From: Meyerozyma guilliermondii
Taxonomy: Eukaryota
Direction of reading: 5' to 3'
NCBI GenBank assembly: GCA_051546255.1
Contig: CP128815.1
Coordinates: 1,674,001 to 1,738,000, forward strand
DNA: 64,000 bases
The position numbers and the translations under genes were made by a program. This document shows positions 20,508-30,745 of the stretch, in pieces. The first letter of the stretch is position 1, and every line of letters starts with the position of its first letter. The notes under the pieces were generated by a model. The model did not search any database and was not told the DNA's origin. It saw only the letters and a program-made list of their open reading frames with translations.

Positions 20508-21902
20508 TCATGATCTTTCCTTGGGTCCCAACATCTTCTCTGGTCTCACCCACTCCTCAAACTCTTCAGAAGTAAGCATGTTAAGCTCTAGGCACAGTTC
20601 CTTCAACGTAAGGCCCTTTTTGTGAGCATTCTTGGCGACCTTGGAAGCGTTGTCGTAGCCGATTTGGGGGTTCAAAGCCGTTACAAGCATCAACGATTCG
20701 TTCAAAACCTTGGCAATCTTTTCCTCATTAGCAACTATTCCATCCACACAGTTGATCTTGAAAGAGCGACAACCATCGCCAAGAAGTCTGATGGACGAAA
20801 GAACATTGCTAGCCATAACTGGCTTGAACACGTTCAACTCAAATTGTCCGGAAGCTCCTGCAAACGTCACCGTGGTGTGGTTACCCATAACCTGAGCACA
20901 CACCATGGTCATAGCCTCACATTGAGTGGGGTTGACTTTTCCTGGCATAATTGACGAACCAGGTTCATTTTCTGGAAGCGACAATTCTCCATATCCACAA
21001 CGAGGACCAGACCCAAGGTACCTGATGTCATTGGCAATCTTGAAAAGAGATGTAGCCAAAGTGTTGAGTGCACCAGAAGCCTCTACCAAAGCATCGTGAG
21101 CAGCCAATGCTTCAAACTTGTTGGGAGCGGTTTGGAAATTGAACCCTGTAATTTTTGCAATTTCGCTAGCAACCATAGTATCGAATCCCTTGGTGGTGTT
21201 GAGTCCAGTACCAACGGCGGTTCCTCCTTGAGCGAGATACAACAAACGAGGAAAACATTGCTCTACTCGATCGAGTCCATAGGTCAATTGCTGAACGTAG
21301 CCGGAGAATTCTTGGCCCAAAGTCAACGGGGTGGCATCTTGCAAGTGGGTTCTACCGATTTTGATGATTTTGGCGAACTCATCTGCCTTTTTCTGGAAAC
21401 TATCACGAAGATTGCGCAAGTTGGGCAACAATCTCTTGTGGATTTCAGAAACTATAGCGATGTGCATAACCGTGGGGAAGGTATCATTGGACGACTGGGA
21501 CATATTACAGTGATCATTGGGATGAACGGGAGACTTGGAACCCATTTTCCCGCCCAAAATTTCAATGGCTCGGTTCGAAATCACCTCATTGGCATTCATG
21601 TTCGACTGAGTTCCCGAACCAGTTTGGAAAACCACCAATGGAAAATGGTCGTTCAAGCGTCCTTCGGCTACTTCCTGAGCAGCCTGTCTGATCGCACCAG
21701 CCAACTTGGGATCCAACAACCCCAATTGCTCATTGACAGAAGCCGCAGCACCCTTCAAAACTCCGAAACTCCGGATTATAGGATCGGGCATTTTGGTGTC
21801 ACCAATGTCGAAATTCTGGAGCGACCGCTGGCTTTGTGCTCCCCAGTACTTGTCACTTTGCACGGCGATTTCGCCAAAGGCATCGGTTTCGATTCTGCTC
21901 AT
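20508..21902 (-). CDS. FUM1: Class II fumarate hydratase (first in-frame ATG; possible upstream non-AUG extension)
   Basis: [35 protein letters not shown] signature. Confidence 0.96.
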   Translation of the reverse strand: MSRIETDAFGEIAVQSDKYWGAQSQRSLQNFDIGDTKMPDPIIRSFGVLKGAAASVNEQLGLLDPKLAGAIRQAAQEVAEGRLNDHFPLVVFQTGSGTQSNMNANEVISNRAIEILGGKMGSKSPVHPNDHCNMSQSSNDTFPTVMHIAIVSEIHKRLLPNLRNLRDSFQKKADEFAKIIKIGRTHLQDATPLTLGQEFSGYVQQLTYGLDRVEQCFPRLLYLAQGGTAVGTGLNTTKGFDTMVASEIAKITGFNFQTAPNKFEALAAHDALVEASGALNTLATSLFKIANDIRYLGSGPRCGYGELSLPENEPGSSIMPGKVNPTQCEAMTMVCAQVMGNHTTVTFAGASGQFELNVFKPVMASNVLSSIRLLGDGCRSFKINCVDGIVANEEKIAKVLNESLMLVTALNPQIGYDNASKVAKNAHKKGLTLKELCLELNMLTSEEFEEWVRPEKMLGPKERS

Positions 21903-22163
21903 CAAGTTGGTTCGGAGAAATCGACGGAAAATTGGGGTAGAAAAGCTTTGGGTGCGCCCGGGCCCGGGCACGAAGGACCCGGATGTAGAAGGTGTAATAG
22001 ATGAGTACTGGGTAGATTGGGCATTGGTTCCGGCACTTTGCAACTGGATATTTGTGCAACACTGGGCATTTAGTCAACTGGAAATTAGTCAATTGGCTTT
22101 TTGCATTGGAACACTTTCTTGAAGTTGTATATGAGCTTTAGTTTTGGGGTTAATTTTTCACTT

Positions 22164-22601
22164 TCACAAGTACCTCGACTCCTCCTTTTGTCTCATCCGC
22201 CGGGCAGGCTGGACCCGGGCTCCGAGCCAGTTGTACCGGAACCCAATTTCGTGGGCCAAAATCTCACCAAAACCCAACATCATACCGTTGATGAAGGGCA
22301 AAATTATATTGATCGAAGCACGGCGAAAAATCGTCCAAAATCCCCCATTAGTATACGAGTCCAGAGCAGCGCGATCAGAGTCTATAAGCATCTCTGTGTG
22401 CACGATATCTTCATCGTTAACCACATCATCGGTCGACATTTGGCCTCGAAGAATGGCCAAATCGTTGAGCTGAGTGAGCTCATCCACTTCGGTTCCGTCT
22501 GAAAAAAATGCTTTTTCCGAGTCCTGAACATCACTGGAGCCCGGGACAGCGCTCAGGAAAGCTGGGTCGAAGTTGGGGAGTGTACTTTCTGCGTATTCCA
22601 T
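22164..22601 (-). CDS. MIM1: Mitochondrial import protein Mim1/Tom13
   Basis: INIILPFINGMMLGFGEILAHE signature; start corrected to ATG 22601. Confidence 0.9.
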   Translation of the reverse strand: MEYAESTLPNFDPAFLSAVPGSSDVQDSEKAFFSDGTEVDELTQLNDLAILRGQMSTDDVVNDEDIVHTEMLIDSDRAALDSYTNGGFWTIFRRASINIILPFINGMMLGFGEILAHEIGFRYNWLGARVQPARRMRQKEESRYL

Positions 22602-22613
22602 AGGGTGAACTGA

Positions 22614-22710
22614 TCGACTGCGAATGAATAAATCGCCAATTGAAATCAAAAATGGGCTGCGAAATGAAATCGACTGCGAAATAGTCGACTGCGAATAAAT
22701 CGACTGCGAA
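22614..22710. repeat. TCGACTGCGAA x4 (three at 15-bp period)
   Basis: Exact copies at 22614, 22670, 22685, 22700; degenerate copies near 22655 and 22742. Confidence 0.85.
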
Positions 22711-22834
22711 AAAAATTGAAAGAAATCGAATTGATTATCGACCGACTGCAATACAAGAGCACAGAATATTCCATGGCATTGGCATATTTCCATTTTGCAT
22801 ACGAACTTTTCCTGTTTAACATTATTTACTTATC

Positions 22835-24280
22835 TCATTTTTTGAGGCCCACAGAAAGTCCCTTCTTCAATCTCTGCTCGGTCAATGCAGCAATAACTGC
22901 CGCTCCCACTCCAGAACCATCCACAGCGGCCGTGATGGTGATTGGGTCCTCCACAGAGTCGTCCCATTCGAAAATGTCACGCAAAGCACGAGCAGTTCTC
23001 TCTTTGAATCCAGGATACATGTTGTAGACAGAACCGTCAGCAGCACAGTGGCCGGTCTTGTAGCCTCTTTTTTTGCAAATGGCTGCAATTCCACACACAG
23101 ACAACCTGGCGGAACGCTCACCAACCTTTTGGGCGATACGTGAAATAACAGCTCTTTCATTGAAGGTGGTGTCCAAGTTCAACACTTCCTTGAACAATGC
23201 CTCCACCTCAGTGAGACTCTCATAAGGATCTTCTTCAATTCTCGCAGGGAACGAAGTGTCCATGATAAACTCTTCTTTCAATTTGGAGAGATCCTGGCCT
23301 TGGAAAATCAACTTTTTCTCCTCCGCCAAGTCAAGCAAAATGAGTCGCAAAACCTCACCCAAGTAGTAGCCTGATATCATTTTTTCAAACGATTGTTGAC
23401 CCGGTCTGGGCGATTGCTTGTCGATGAGAACGTCGTATTTGGTTCTTGGCAACACCACAAGCTCGTTGTCGAAAGCACCGTACTCACAGTTAATGGCCAT
23501 AGGGCCGTCCTGAGCTACATCCGATTCCACCTTTCCTTCCAACTTGGGAATATCCTTGACTACATCGTAGTAGGCTCCGTTACAACCAGTTCCGAAAATC
23601 AACCCCATAATGGTTTCAGGATCAGTGTACATGGAAGCAACCAAAGTACCGGTGGTATCGTTGATCAAAGCAACGACATCGATTGGAACTCCAATATTCT
23701 TGATGGCATCTTGAAGCATTGGAACCACATCGTGGCCCTCTACTCCGTCGATATCAAACCCTTTGGTCCATCTTTGTAAAACACCAGTGTTAATAGAATA
23801 TTGCGTGGCAGGGTAAGAGAACGTGAATCCCAATGGTAATGGTTCGGTACAGCCGTCATTGAATTCTTGTTCGACAAACTCTTTAAGACACTTGGCAATG
23901 AAACCAAACAACTCGTCGGCGGTGGAGGTTCTCATGTCCAGAGGCAAAGCATATTTGGACTGAATGGTTTGGAAAGAACGGTTTCCGTCCAATTTCACCA
24001 ACACAACTCTCAAGTTGGTTCCTCCCAAATCGATGGCCAAGTAGTCACCCTTCTCCTTACCAGTAGGAAAGTCCATGACCCAACCAGGAATCATGGGAAT
24101 GTTACCACCTTTCTTGGACAAACCCTTGTCCAATTCCGTTATAAAGTGGGCGGTAACTTTTTTCAAAACTTCGGGCAGCAATGTTAACATATCTTCGATG
24201 GCATGCAACTCTGTGGATAATTCCTGGGGAACATCCTTGAGAAGATTTGATCTTTCATGAGCATCGTGGCTAATAGTCAT
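22835..24280 (-). CDS. HXK2: Hexokinase (Hxk1/Hxk2 type)
   Basis: GGNIPMIPGWV, DLGGTNLRV, LGFTFSYP, WTKGF, INDTTGTL, NCEYG, DGSGVGAA; ATG 24280 in CAAAATG context. Confidence 0.9.
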   Translation of the reverse strand: MTISHDAHERSNLLKDVPQELSTELHAIEDMLTLLPEVLKKVTAHFITELDKGLSKKGGNIPMIPGWVMDFPTGKEKGDYLAIDLGGTNLRVVLVKLDGNRSFQTIQSKYALPLDMRTSTADELFGFIAKCLKEFVEQEFNDGCTEPLPLGFTFSYPATQYSINTGVLQRWTKGFDIDGVEGHDVVPMLQDAIKNIGVPIDVVALINDTTGTLVASMYTDPETIMGLIFGTGCNGAYYDVVKDIPKLEGKVESDVAQDGPMAINCEYGAFDNELVVLPRTKYDVLIDKQSPRPGQQSFEKMISGYYLGEVLRLILLDLAEEKKLIFQGQDLSKLKEEFIMDTSFPARIEEDPYESLTEVEALFKEVLNLDTTFNERAVISRIAQKVGERSARLSVCGIAAICKKRGYKTGHCAADGSVYNMYPGFKERTARALRDIFEWDDSVEDPITITAAVDGSGVGAAVIAALTEQRLKKGLSVGLKK

Positions 24281-24748
24281 TTTGTGGAAATGGGGCACAA
24301 GTGGCTATTTATGTATTTTCCGCAAAAACGCCGATTTTCGAGAGCGGAGTTTTATCTCGGGGTTTTTTCCAGATCTCGGAAAAAAACCGTACGATGCAGG
24401 ATCACGCGAGCGGATTGTTCCAGTAAGTCATGGACTTCAGGCCGACAACGGAGTGCCGTGGTTCAAGCAGGAATGAGACTTGGAGTTGCAACGCTTGGTT
24501 TCCAACTTTTGCGATGATACTGGAAACCAAAAGTCTCAAAGTGTTAGTGATTCTCGTTCAGTAAAGGTTTTTGGCGTTTCTCAAACCTCCGTTTACCCCT
24601 CCGTAATGCCCCGCATCCGTTGCTGTCTCCAGTTGGGGATTGCGTTATATTGTTGGAGACACCGGGCACTATTTAGTCGAGGTCGGCAGATTTCATGCAT
24701 GCTGACATCATTCTGCAGGAAGAGTTTTTCCGGAATTCTTTTCTTTCG

Positions 24749-25336
24749 TTATTGCTCTGAAGTAACGCCATTAAAGTCCTCCATGGCCTCCCCCACTCTT
24801 TGTAGCTGTACCTTGATGTCGTGGACATAATTGTTCATTTCGTCAAAGTTTTCTTTCTTGTATAATACGTGCTGACGGTCCTGACCCTCGTTGTCAAAAA
24901 ACGAGAAAAGACTTGAGTCAAGCTTGTCGGTGGTGTTAGGCTCAACCCTGAAGCGCTCCTGTTGTAGATTCAGATCAAAGTCCTGTGAAGCCATAATGTC
25001 GATCAATCTGTCCTGCAGTGTCTTCATGGCTTCCAATTCACTGTTGAATTTTTCGTTGAAAAACGAACCTCTTTCTCTTACGTCGCTCGCCATCTTCCGG
25101 ACATCGTCCAACACGTCAATTTGGGTCCATAATTTGTCCAGATACGAAACACTGGGTTTGGCGCTGGGAATATGATCAAGCGTGCGCAAGCTCTGGTTGT
25201 CGAAAGTAGACGGCGGATTGTAGGCGGAGTCTGCGTTGGTGTTGGTTCGACTTATACGGGCCAAACTCGACCTGGAGCCCAGCCGGGAGTACTTGTGGGA
25301 AGGTGTTGTGGACTGGGGAACAGATAACTTTCGCAT
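24749..25336 (-). CDS. Uncharacterised 195-aa protein with helical/coiled-coil core
   Basis: ATG-initiated ORF with protein-like composition (SYLDKLWTQIDVLDDV); family not recognised with confidence. Confidence 0.7.
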   Translation of the reverse strand: MRKLSVPQSTTPSHKYSRLGSRSSLARISRTNTNADSAYNPPSTFDNQSLRTLDHIPSAKPSVSYLDKLWTQIDVLDDVRKMASDVRERGSFFNEKFNSELEAMKTLQDRLIDIMASQDFDLNLQQERFRVEPNTTDKLDSSLFSFFDNEGQDRQHVLYKKENFDEMNNYVHDIKVQLQRVGEAMEDFNGVTSEQ

Positions 25337-25611
25337 GATTGAAAGAATAATGAAGGTTTTGGATGTTTCGGAAAGTTTTGGATGACTTGAAGGTATGAAG
25401 CTGATGCTCTGGGTGCGGTGATGATTTGTAGCTGGTTTTCTCGGTTCCTTTGTTTACAAAAATTCGTGGTTTGATGGGTGTTCCTCTGGCCGCCAGATTG
25501 TTTATCAAGATATTTTCGCGATTCTCACAATTTTGAAATTTTGGCTTTCGCAGCTTCGCAGATTCATTCAATTCAGTTTCAGTTCTTCAAACCCAGCTTT
25601 AATATTCCTTC

Positions 25612-26499
25612 ATGGCGTGGAAGAGACTCCTCTACCTCGCGCAGCCGTACCCAGACAACTACACAGATCCATGTTTTTTATCGCAAATTAAACGAAATAC
25701 GACTGTTGCCAAGTACTCGTATTGGCACCTAGTAGACCATTTTTCGTTGATTGTGCTTCATTTGGCTACTGTTGTGCTAGTGGAGCTCACGTTCTTGGGC
25801 ATATATGATCGTGGATGGGATCCAGTGGTGCCAATGGTCATTGCAGCGGCTGGTGTAGTTGTTGGAATGGTAGCATGGGATACAGTAACTGGTAAAAAAA
25901 CGCCCCCCCTGACCAAAAACTCGCCAAAAATTAAGACTGACAAGTGGAACACGGTGCGGTCAGTTCTCGTGGTCATTCTTATTGTTCTCGTGCTTTCTCC
26001 AGTTTTAAAGTCGCTTACAAGATCAACGTCCTCAGACTCAATATGGGCACTTTCGCTCATTCTTTGTTTGTTCAATATGCTCTGCCATGATTACGCCATG
26101 GACCCTCATTTGGCAGCGTACCGACCCATTTTGTCCACAAACTTGTCGCTTCTGAACGCATTGGTTCTTGCTTCTAGATTGTCGTCGTCTCTACATGTTT
26201 TTTGTTTCGTTGTTTTTGCCGCTGTGGTCAACATTTTGGTTCCACTCTTTGACGTGGGGATCCGCAGAAGCAACCCAAACTCTCGTCTTCATCACATTGT
26301 GCTTTTCCTGTTTTATTTGGCGGTTTGTGTTGCAACCAATAATTTATTCGGACCAGGTTTGGTGTTAGTGTGGTTGATGACAATGGCTGGAATTGCATTG
26401 ATGCTTCCCGCGTACTTCTTGTGGGTCCAGCAGTACAAAAACGAGCTCCAGGGACCTTGGGATCCCGCCAAACCGATCATTCGTAGACAAGATAGTTGA
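25612..26499 (+). CDS. GPI2: GPI-GlcNAc transferase subunit (PIG-C)
   Basis: WKRLLYL.QPYPDNYTD..FL, LSPVLKSLT.STSSDSIWA, LASRL, YKNELQGPWD. Confidence 0.95.
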   Translation: MAWKRLLYLAQPYPDNYTDPCFLSQIKRNTTVAKYSYWHLVDHFSLIVLHLATVVLVELTFLGIYDRGWDPVVPMVIAAAGVVVGMVAWDTVTGKKTPPLTKNSPKIKTDKWNTVRSVLVVILIVLVLSPVLKSLTRSTSSDSIWALSLILCLFNMLCHDYAMDPHLAAYRPILSTNLSLLNALVLASRLSSSLHVFCFVVFAAVVNILVPLFDVGIRRSNPNSRLHHIVLFLFYLAVCVATNNLFGPGLVLVWLMTMAGIALMLPAYFLWVQQYKNELQGPWDPAKPIIRRQDS

Positions 26500-26599
26500 C
26501 GGCTGCAAATTGATGGAGTAATGGGTGGTGTTTGGATGTCGGGACACCCATGCACCACGCGCTCATTTCAACTCAAACATTTCTGGTCGATACTCGAAC

Positions 26600-28699
26600 A
26601 TGGCCGAGGGTACGGAGAACGGAAGGCTGACGCAACCCAGTCAAAGCCCTGCACCGGGATTGAATCAAGGCGGTGCCAACGCAGCCCAGCTGCAGCTGCA
26701 GGCGTACTCGCAGCCAAGGGTGCCGCCACGGCCAAGCACGCAACTTTCGCAGGCCGACCTTAATAGGATTGTGCTTGAATATTTGAACAAAAAGGGGTAT
26801 CACAAAACAGAATCGATGCTTCGTCTTGAAAGCTCCAATACGCCAACGCCGCCGGGCGAGCAGATGTCACCTGCGACCACCGCAATGGCGACTTCCGGGG
26901 GTAGTAGTACTGGTGGCGGGTCATTGATGGGAGCCAATTCCGGGACTGGTGCGGCAAATGCTGCAGGTGTCACAGGTTTGGATCCTGAAGTGTATTCTCG
27001 TGCATACAACATGCTTCTGCGGTGGGTTGATACTTCTTTGGACTTGTACAAGCCGGAACTTGCTCGTTTTTTGTATCCGTTGTTTGTGCATTGTTTTCTC
27101 GAGTTGGTAGCACGAGGACATCCGGCGCATGCCAAAGCATTTCTTGACAAATTTGGTGGAGATCATCAGCTTTTACATGGACTGGAAGTTTCCAAACTCG
27201 CAGGAATTTCATTACCGGAACATTTACGAGAGAACGAACTTGCAACCGCATACCGTACCCGCAGGTATCGGCTTGTGGTTTCCAAAACCAGTAAGAATTT
27301 GGTGCTTTACTTTCTACATGAAAATGATGCAGTTGGTGGGGGGCTTCTTGTGCGTATTATTAACCAATATTTAAGCATAGTGGTTGCTAGCACACGTCCC
27401 GACAAAACTAACAAACCGGGAGAAGCCGATCCAGACGAGGGTATTGCCGGGTATGTTACCAAGTCGGAAATTGACCGGTTTAATCAGCAAACGGTAAAAT
27501 TGGGACCAATGCCGATGGATGCAGAGGTGGAAAAAGAAGTGGAAGCAGAGCTTAAGGAGGAGCAAGGTGAGAACGACACATCGCTAGTGGATGAATTCAA
27601 AAAGTTGACCGGAATTACAGAAGATTCACCGGCCAAGGAAATCCCGCTTCCGTTAGCAGATGCAGCCGAGATTCGACGCCAGATCCTCTCGGTGAAAGAC
27701 TCGCGCGCCCGACTCCGGCTCGATACACCGCAAGCTGCTGCACCGTCGGTATGCATGTACACATTCCATAACACGCACAATGCAATGACGTGCGTTGATT
27801 TCAACGACGATAGCACCATTGCTGCGGCCGGGTTTGAAGATTCCACCGTCAAGCTTTGGAGTCTCGATGGCACGCCGCTCAAATCTCAATCGAAGCGTGA
27901 TCCGCATAATAACGACATTTCGCGGCGTCTTGTTGGCCATTCAGGGCCGGTGTACAACGTTGCATTTTCGCCCGATAATCACTACGTTGCGTCTGCATCC
28001 GAGGACAAGTCGGTTCGGTTATGGTCGCTCGATTCGTATACCGGGCTTGTGGCTTATAAGGGGCATACTGCGCCGGTATGGGACGTTGCATTTTCACCTT
28101 GGGGCCATTACTTTGCAACCGCATCGCACGATCAAACTGCGCGATTGTGGGGAACCGACCATATTTACGCACTTCGAATTTTCGCCGGCCACATCAACGA
28201 CGTGGAATGCGTGCAATTTCACCCTAATAGTAACTACGTTTTTACCGGGCTGGCGGACAAAACGTGCCGCATGTGGGACGTGCAGAGTGGCAATTGCGTG
28301 CGTATATTCATGGGCCATACTGGTCCCGTCAACTGCATGGCAGTATCTCCGGATGGACGATGGTTGGCTTCTGCCGGGGAAGATTCGGTAGTGAATTTAT
28401 GGGATTGCAATTCCGGTCGCCGCATTAAGGCCATGCGTGGTCACGGGCGCAATTCGATTTACTCGCTTGCATGGTCGCGCGAGGGAAATGTGGTGGTAAG
28501 CAGCGGCGCCGACAATACCGTAAGGGTGTGGGACGCCAAACGTGGCACATCCGACCATGCGCCGGAACCGGAACATTTAGATAAGGGAACCGGTGACCAC
28601 ATGACAGCGTATTTTACAAGGAAGACGCCGGTGTACCGCGTGCGGATGACACGCCGCAACCTCTGCATAGCAGGTGGCGCTTTCACGGACGCTAGCTAA
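26600..28699 (+). CDS. TAF5: TFIID/SAGA subunit Taf5
   Basis: LisH (LNRIVLEYLNKKGY), NTD2 (SLDLYKPEL...YP.FVH), PSVCMYTF, WD40 repeats; start ATG 26600. Confidence 0.95.
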   Translation: MAEGTENGRLTQPSQSPAPGLNQGGANAAQLQLQAYSQPRVPPRPSTQLSQADLNRIVLEYLNKKGYHKTESMLRLESSNTPTPPGEQMSPATTAMATSGGSSTGGGSLMGANSGTGAANAAGVTGLDPEVYSRAYNMLLRWVDTSLDLYKPELARFLYPLFVHCFLELVARGHPAHAKAFLDKFGGDHQLLHGLEVSKLAGISLPEHLRENELATAYRTRRYRLVVSKTSKNLVLYFLHENDAVGGGLLVRIINQYLSIVVASTRPDKTNKPGEADPDEGIAGYVTKSEIDRFNQQTVKLGPMPMDAEVEKEVEAELKEEQGENDTSLVDEFKKLTGITEDSPAKEIPLPLADAAEIRRQILSVKDSRARLRLDTPQAAAPSVCMYTFHNTHNAMTCVDFNDDSTIAAAGFEDSTVKLWSLDGTPLKSQSKRDPHNNDISRRLVGHSGPVYNVAFSPDNHYVASASEDKSVRLWSLDSYTGLVAYKGHTAPVWDVAFSPWGHYFATASHDQTARLWGTDHIYALRIFAGHINDVECVQFHPNSNYVFTGLADKTCRMWDVQSGNCVRIFMGHTGPVNCMAVSPDGRWLASAGEDSVVNLWDCNSGRRIKAMRGHGRNSIYSLAWSREGNVVVSSGADNTVRVWDAKRGTSDHAPEPEHLDKGTGDHMTAYFTRKTPVYRVRMTRRNLCIAGGAFTDAS

Positions 28700-29393
28700 C
28701 GCAACAATCCGACCTACGGCGGGAACCTACAGGGCAACCTACAGCCGTGCAAACCATCTGAGTTGATCTCTTGGCAACGTGCCTGGTGCAGCATGCAGGT
28801 CCCGAGCCCATATAATGCACAATTTCTGCACGATTGCTATACAAGATTGCTGTTTGACGCCCGCAATTTCATCATTTACGGTGGCATTTCGCCACTGCTA
28901 TTTATGGCTCCGGGCGCGTCCACATGGGCGTCGTGGCTGATGGGTTAAAAATAACCGCTAGGTGGGCTGGTGCATCGGTGCGAGATAGCATTGCAGCCAC
29001 ACTCTGAAACACACAATTCATGCCACCTTGTTCAATTAATGTTCATTTAAAATTGTTCATTGATTTATTCAATTAATCGTCCTTAAATTGCCTAACTTGT
29101 CAGTTCCTTCGTTCATCTGAATAATATCTACCGGTTCAGATCTCCTATTATTAGCTCCATCCACACACCAGTTCCGATGGCTTAGGCTTAACCCATCCCA
29201 CATGGGCAATATGAGGAGACGTCTCAATGAATATAAGCCGCAACAAGGCTGAAAATGAAACAGACGGTTGCTGCTTTTGGGCGTGTTTAAAGTGGCTTGC
29301 ACGACAATTTCGTGTTGAGGGTGGAACCGCCTAAATTTTGTCAGGGTATAAAATCCCCCGTGCTCCTCCAACAATTTTCATATTTCAATTGCT

Positions 29394-29714
29394 ATGAAAT
29401 CTTCTACTATCCTTGTTGTTCTCGCTGCTGCTGCTGGTGCTTTTGCTGCCAAGTCCGACTCTTCGTCTAAGGCTGCATCTTCTCACGCTGCTTCTTCTCA
29501 CGCCGCTTCCGGTTCTGAAGCCGCTTCCGGCTCCATTACTTCTGCTGCTGCTTCCAAGGCTTCTTCTGCTGCTGCCGGTGCCAAATCCGACTCCAAGTCC
29601 GGTTCCGCTTCCAAGTCGGCCACCAAATCCGGTTCTTCTTCAAAGGCTGCTGCTGGTGCCGCTACCGCTGGTATGGGTGTATTGGGTGCCGCTGCCGCTA
29701 TTATGTTGCTTTAG
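29394..29714 (+). CDS. Small Ser/Ala-rich GPI-type cell-wall protein
   Basis: Signal peptide MKSSTILVVLAAAAGAFA, S/A low-complexity body, hydrophobic tail; strong GCT/TCT/TCC codon bias; TATAAAA at 29347. Confidence 0.82.
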   Translation: MKSSTILVVLAAAAGAFAAKSDSSSKAASSHAASSHAASGSEAASGSITSAAASKASSAAAGAKSDSKSGSASKSATKSGSSSKAAAGAATAGMGVLGAAAAIMLL

Positions 29715-29735
29715 ATAGTAATACAGTGAGTCGAG

Positions 29736-29791
29736 TCACGTGTAGCCCACGATATTGTCTCACGTGACAAATACAGAAACTGTCTCACGTG
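29736..29791. promoter_or_regulatory. Three TCACGTG E-boxes (Cbf1/Tye7/bHLH type)
   Basis: TCACGTG at 29736, 29760, 29785. Confidence 0.55.
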
Positions 29792-30138
29792 CCATACGTC
29801 ACACGAAACGATGCACGCGACGTTGGCCGTCGTTCCTCACAAGACGTGCGTCATGCACGTACCCCACTCGGCACGGCAGTGAAATCCTTCAATTTCCCTG
29901 AACCTGAAAACTACGCCATCTACAACTCATTCGAGCACATAACATCACCATCAGCTCACCAGCTTCATCACCAGCTTGCCACCAGCCACCTTTGTTTTCA
30001 CAATATCTTTGTTCATTGTCCATATATGCCGGCGACATTTTTCTTGCTGCACGCTGCGGCAAATCCGACATCCCCTCCCCCACAGTCTTGTCTATATAAA
30101 AAGTTGAAATTCCAGTTTCCCCAGATTACATCTCCATC

Positions 30139-30603
30139 ATGAAATTATCTACTGTTGCCTCCGTTTCTTCAATTTTTGTTGCTAGCGCCCATGCTGCCAA
30201 CTCAGAACAAGTTGCTTTCCTTACTGCGTTGGTAGAGGACTTTAAAGACCATAAAGGCGACTACCTTAAATTTTACCAAACCGCCAGTGACGTACCTGGA
30301 GTTTTAACTAGTTTGGTCAAACAAGTCGGAACTTACAAGGACGATTCCTACACTACATTATTGGACGATTCGGCAATTAATGTTGGAAGTTTGTCGAGTT
30401 TTGCCACAAACTTGCCATGGTATACCAGAATTGCATCTGAAGTCGGCATTTCCGACGCCGATAGCGGGTCAAAATCTTCAAAAGCAGAATCTTCTTCGGC
30501 TTCAAAAACTTCTTCCGAGTCGTCGTCGACTTCCGGCGGCGCAGGCAAGATGGCGCTTCCTGTGGGTGCTATTGTTGGAGCTGCAGCTGTAGCTTTGATG
30601 TAA
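30139..30603 (+). CDS. Srp1/Tip1 (seripauperin/Tir-like) GPI cell-wall mannoprotein
   Basis: Signal peptide, L..L..D...H..DY, TY.DDSYTTL, LPWY.RI, Ser-rich stalk, GPI tail; TATATAAA at 30093. Confidence 0.82.
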   Translation: MKLSTVASVSSIFVASAHAANSEQVAFLTALVEDFKDHKGDYLKFYQTASDVPGVLTSLVKQVGTYKDDSYTTLLDDSAINVGSLSSFATNLPWYTRIASEVGISDADSGSKSSKAESSSASKTSSESSSTSGGAGKMALPVGAIVGAAAVALM

Positions 30604-30745
30604 TTTATTAATATATCGTAACCGTGCGAAAGACCTACGAAAGCCCGTTGCGGACATTTTCATCGCGATGCGTATTATTGCTTTTCCTAATGTAGTAAAA
30701 AGCCTCGCGACACATGCAGGACATGTCCCAGTGTTGCAAATCCTT

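Noticed and set aside
21096..22004. Long antisense or alternate-frame ORFs in the track (302 aa opposite FUM1, 272 aa opposite RFC1, 332 aa within the nucleoporin, 213 aa opposite MGR3)
   Set aside because: They shadow well-supported genes, often start at near-cognate codons and show no recognisable motifs
22614..22710. Short repeat arrays here and at 60741 as possible CRISPR
   Set aside because: Repeats of 10-11 nt with mostly 4-11-nt gaps, no cas genes, eukaryotic host
29736..29900. TCACGTG as CDEI of a point centromere
   Set aside because: No AT-rich CDEII or CDEIII follows, and point centromeres are not expected in this clade
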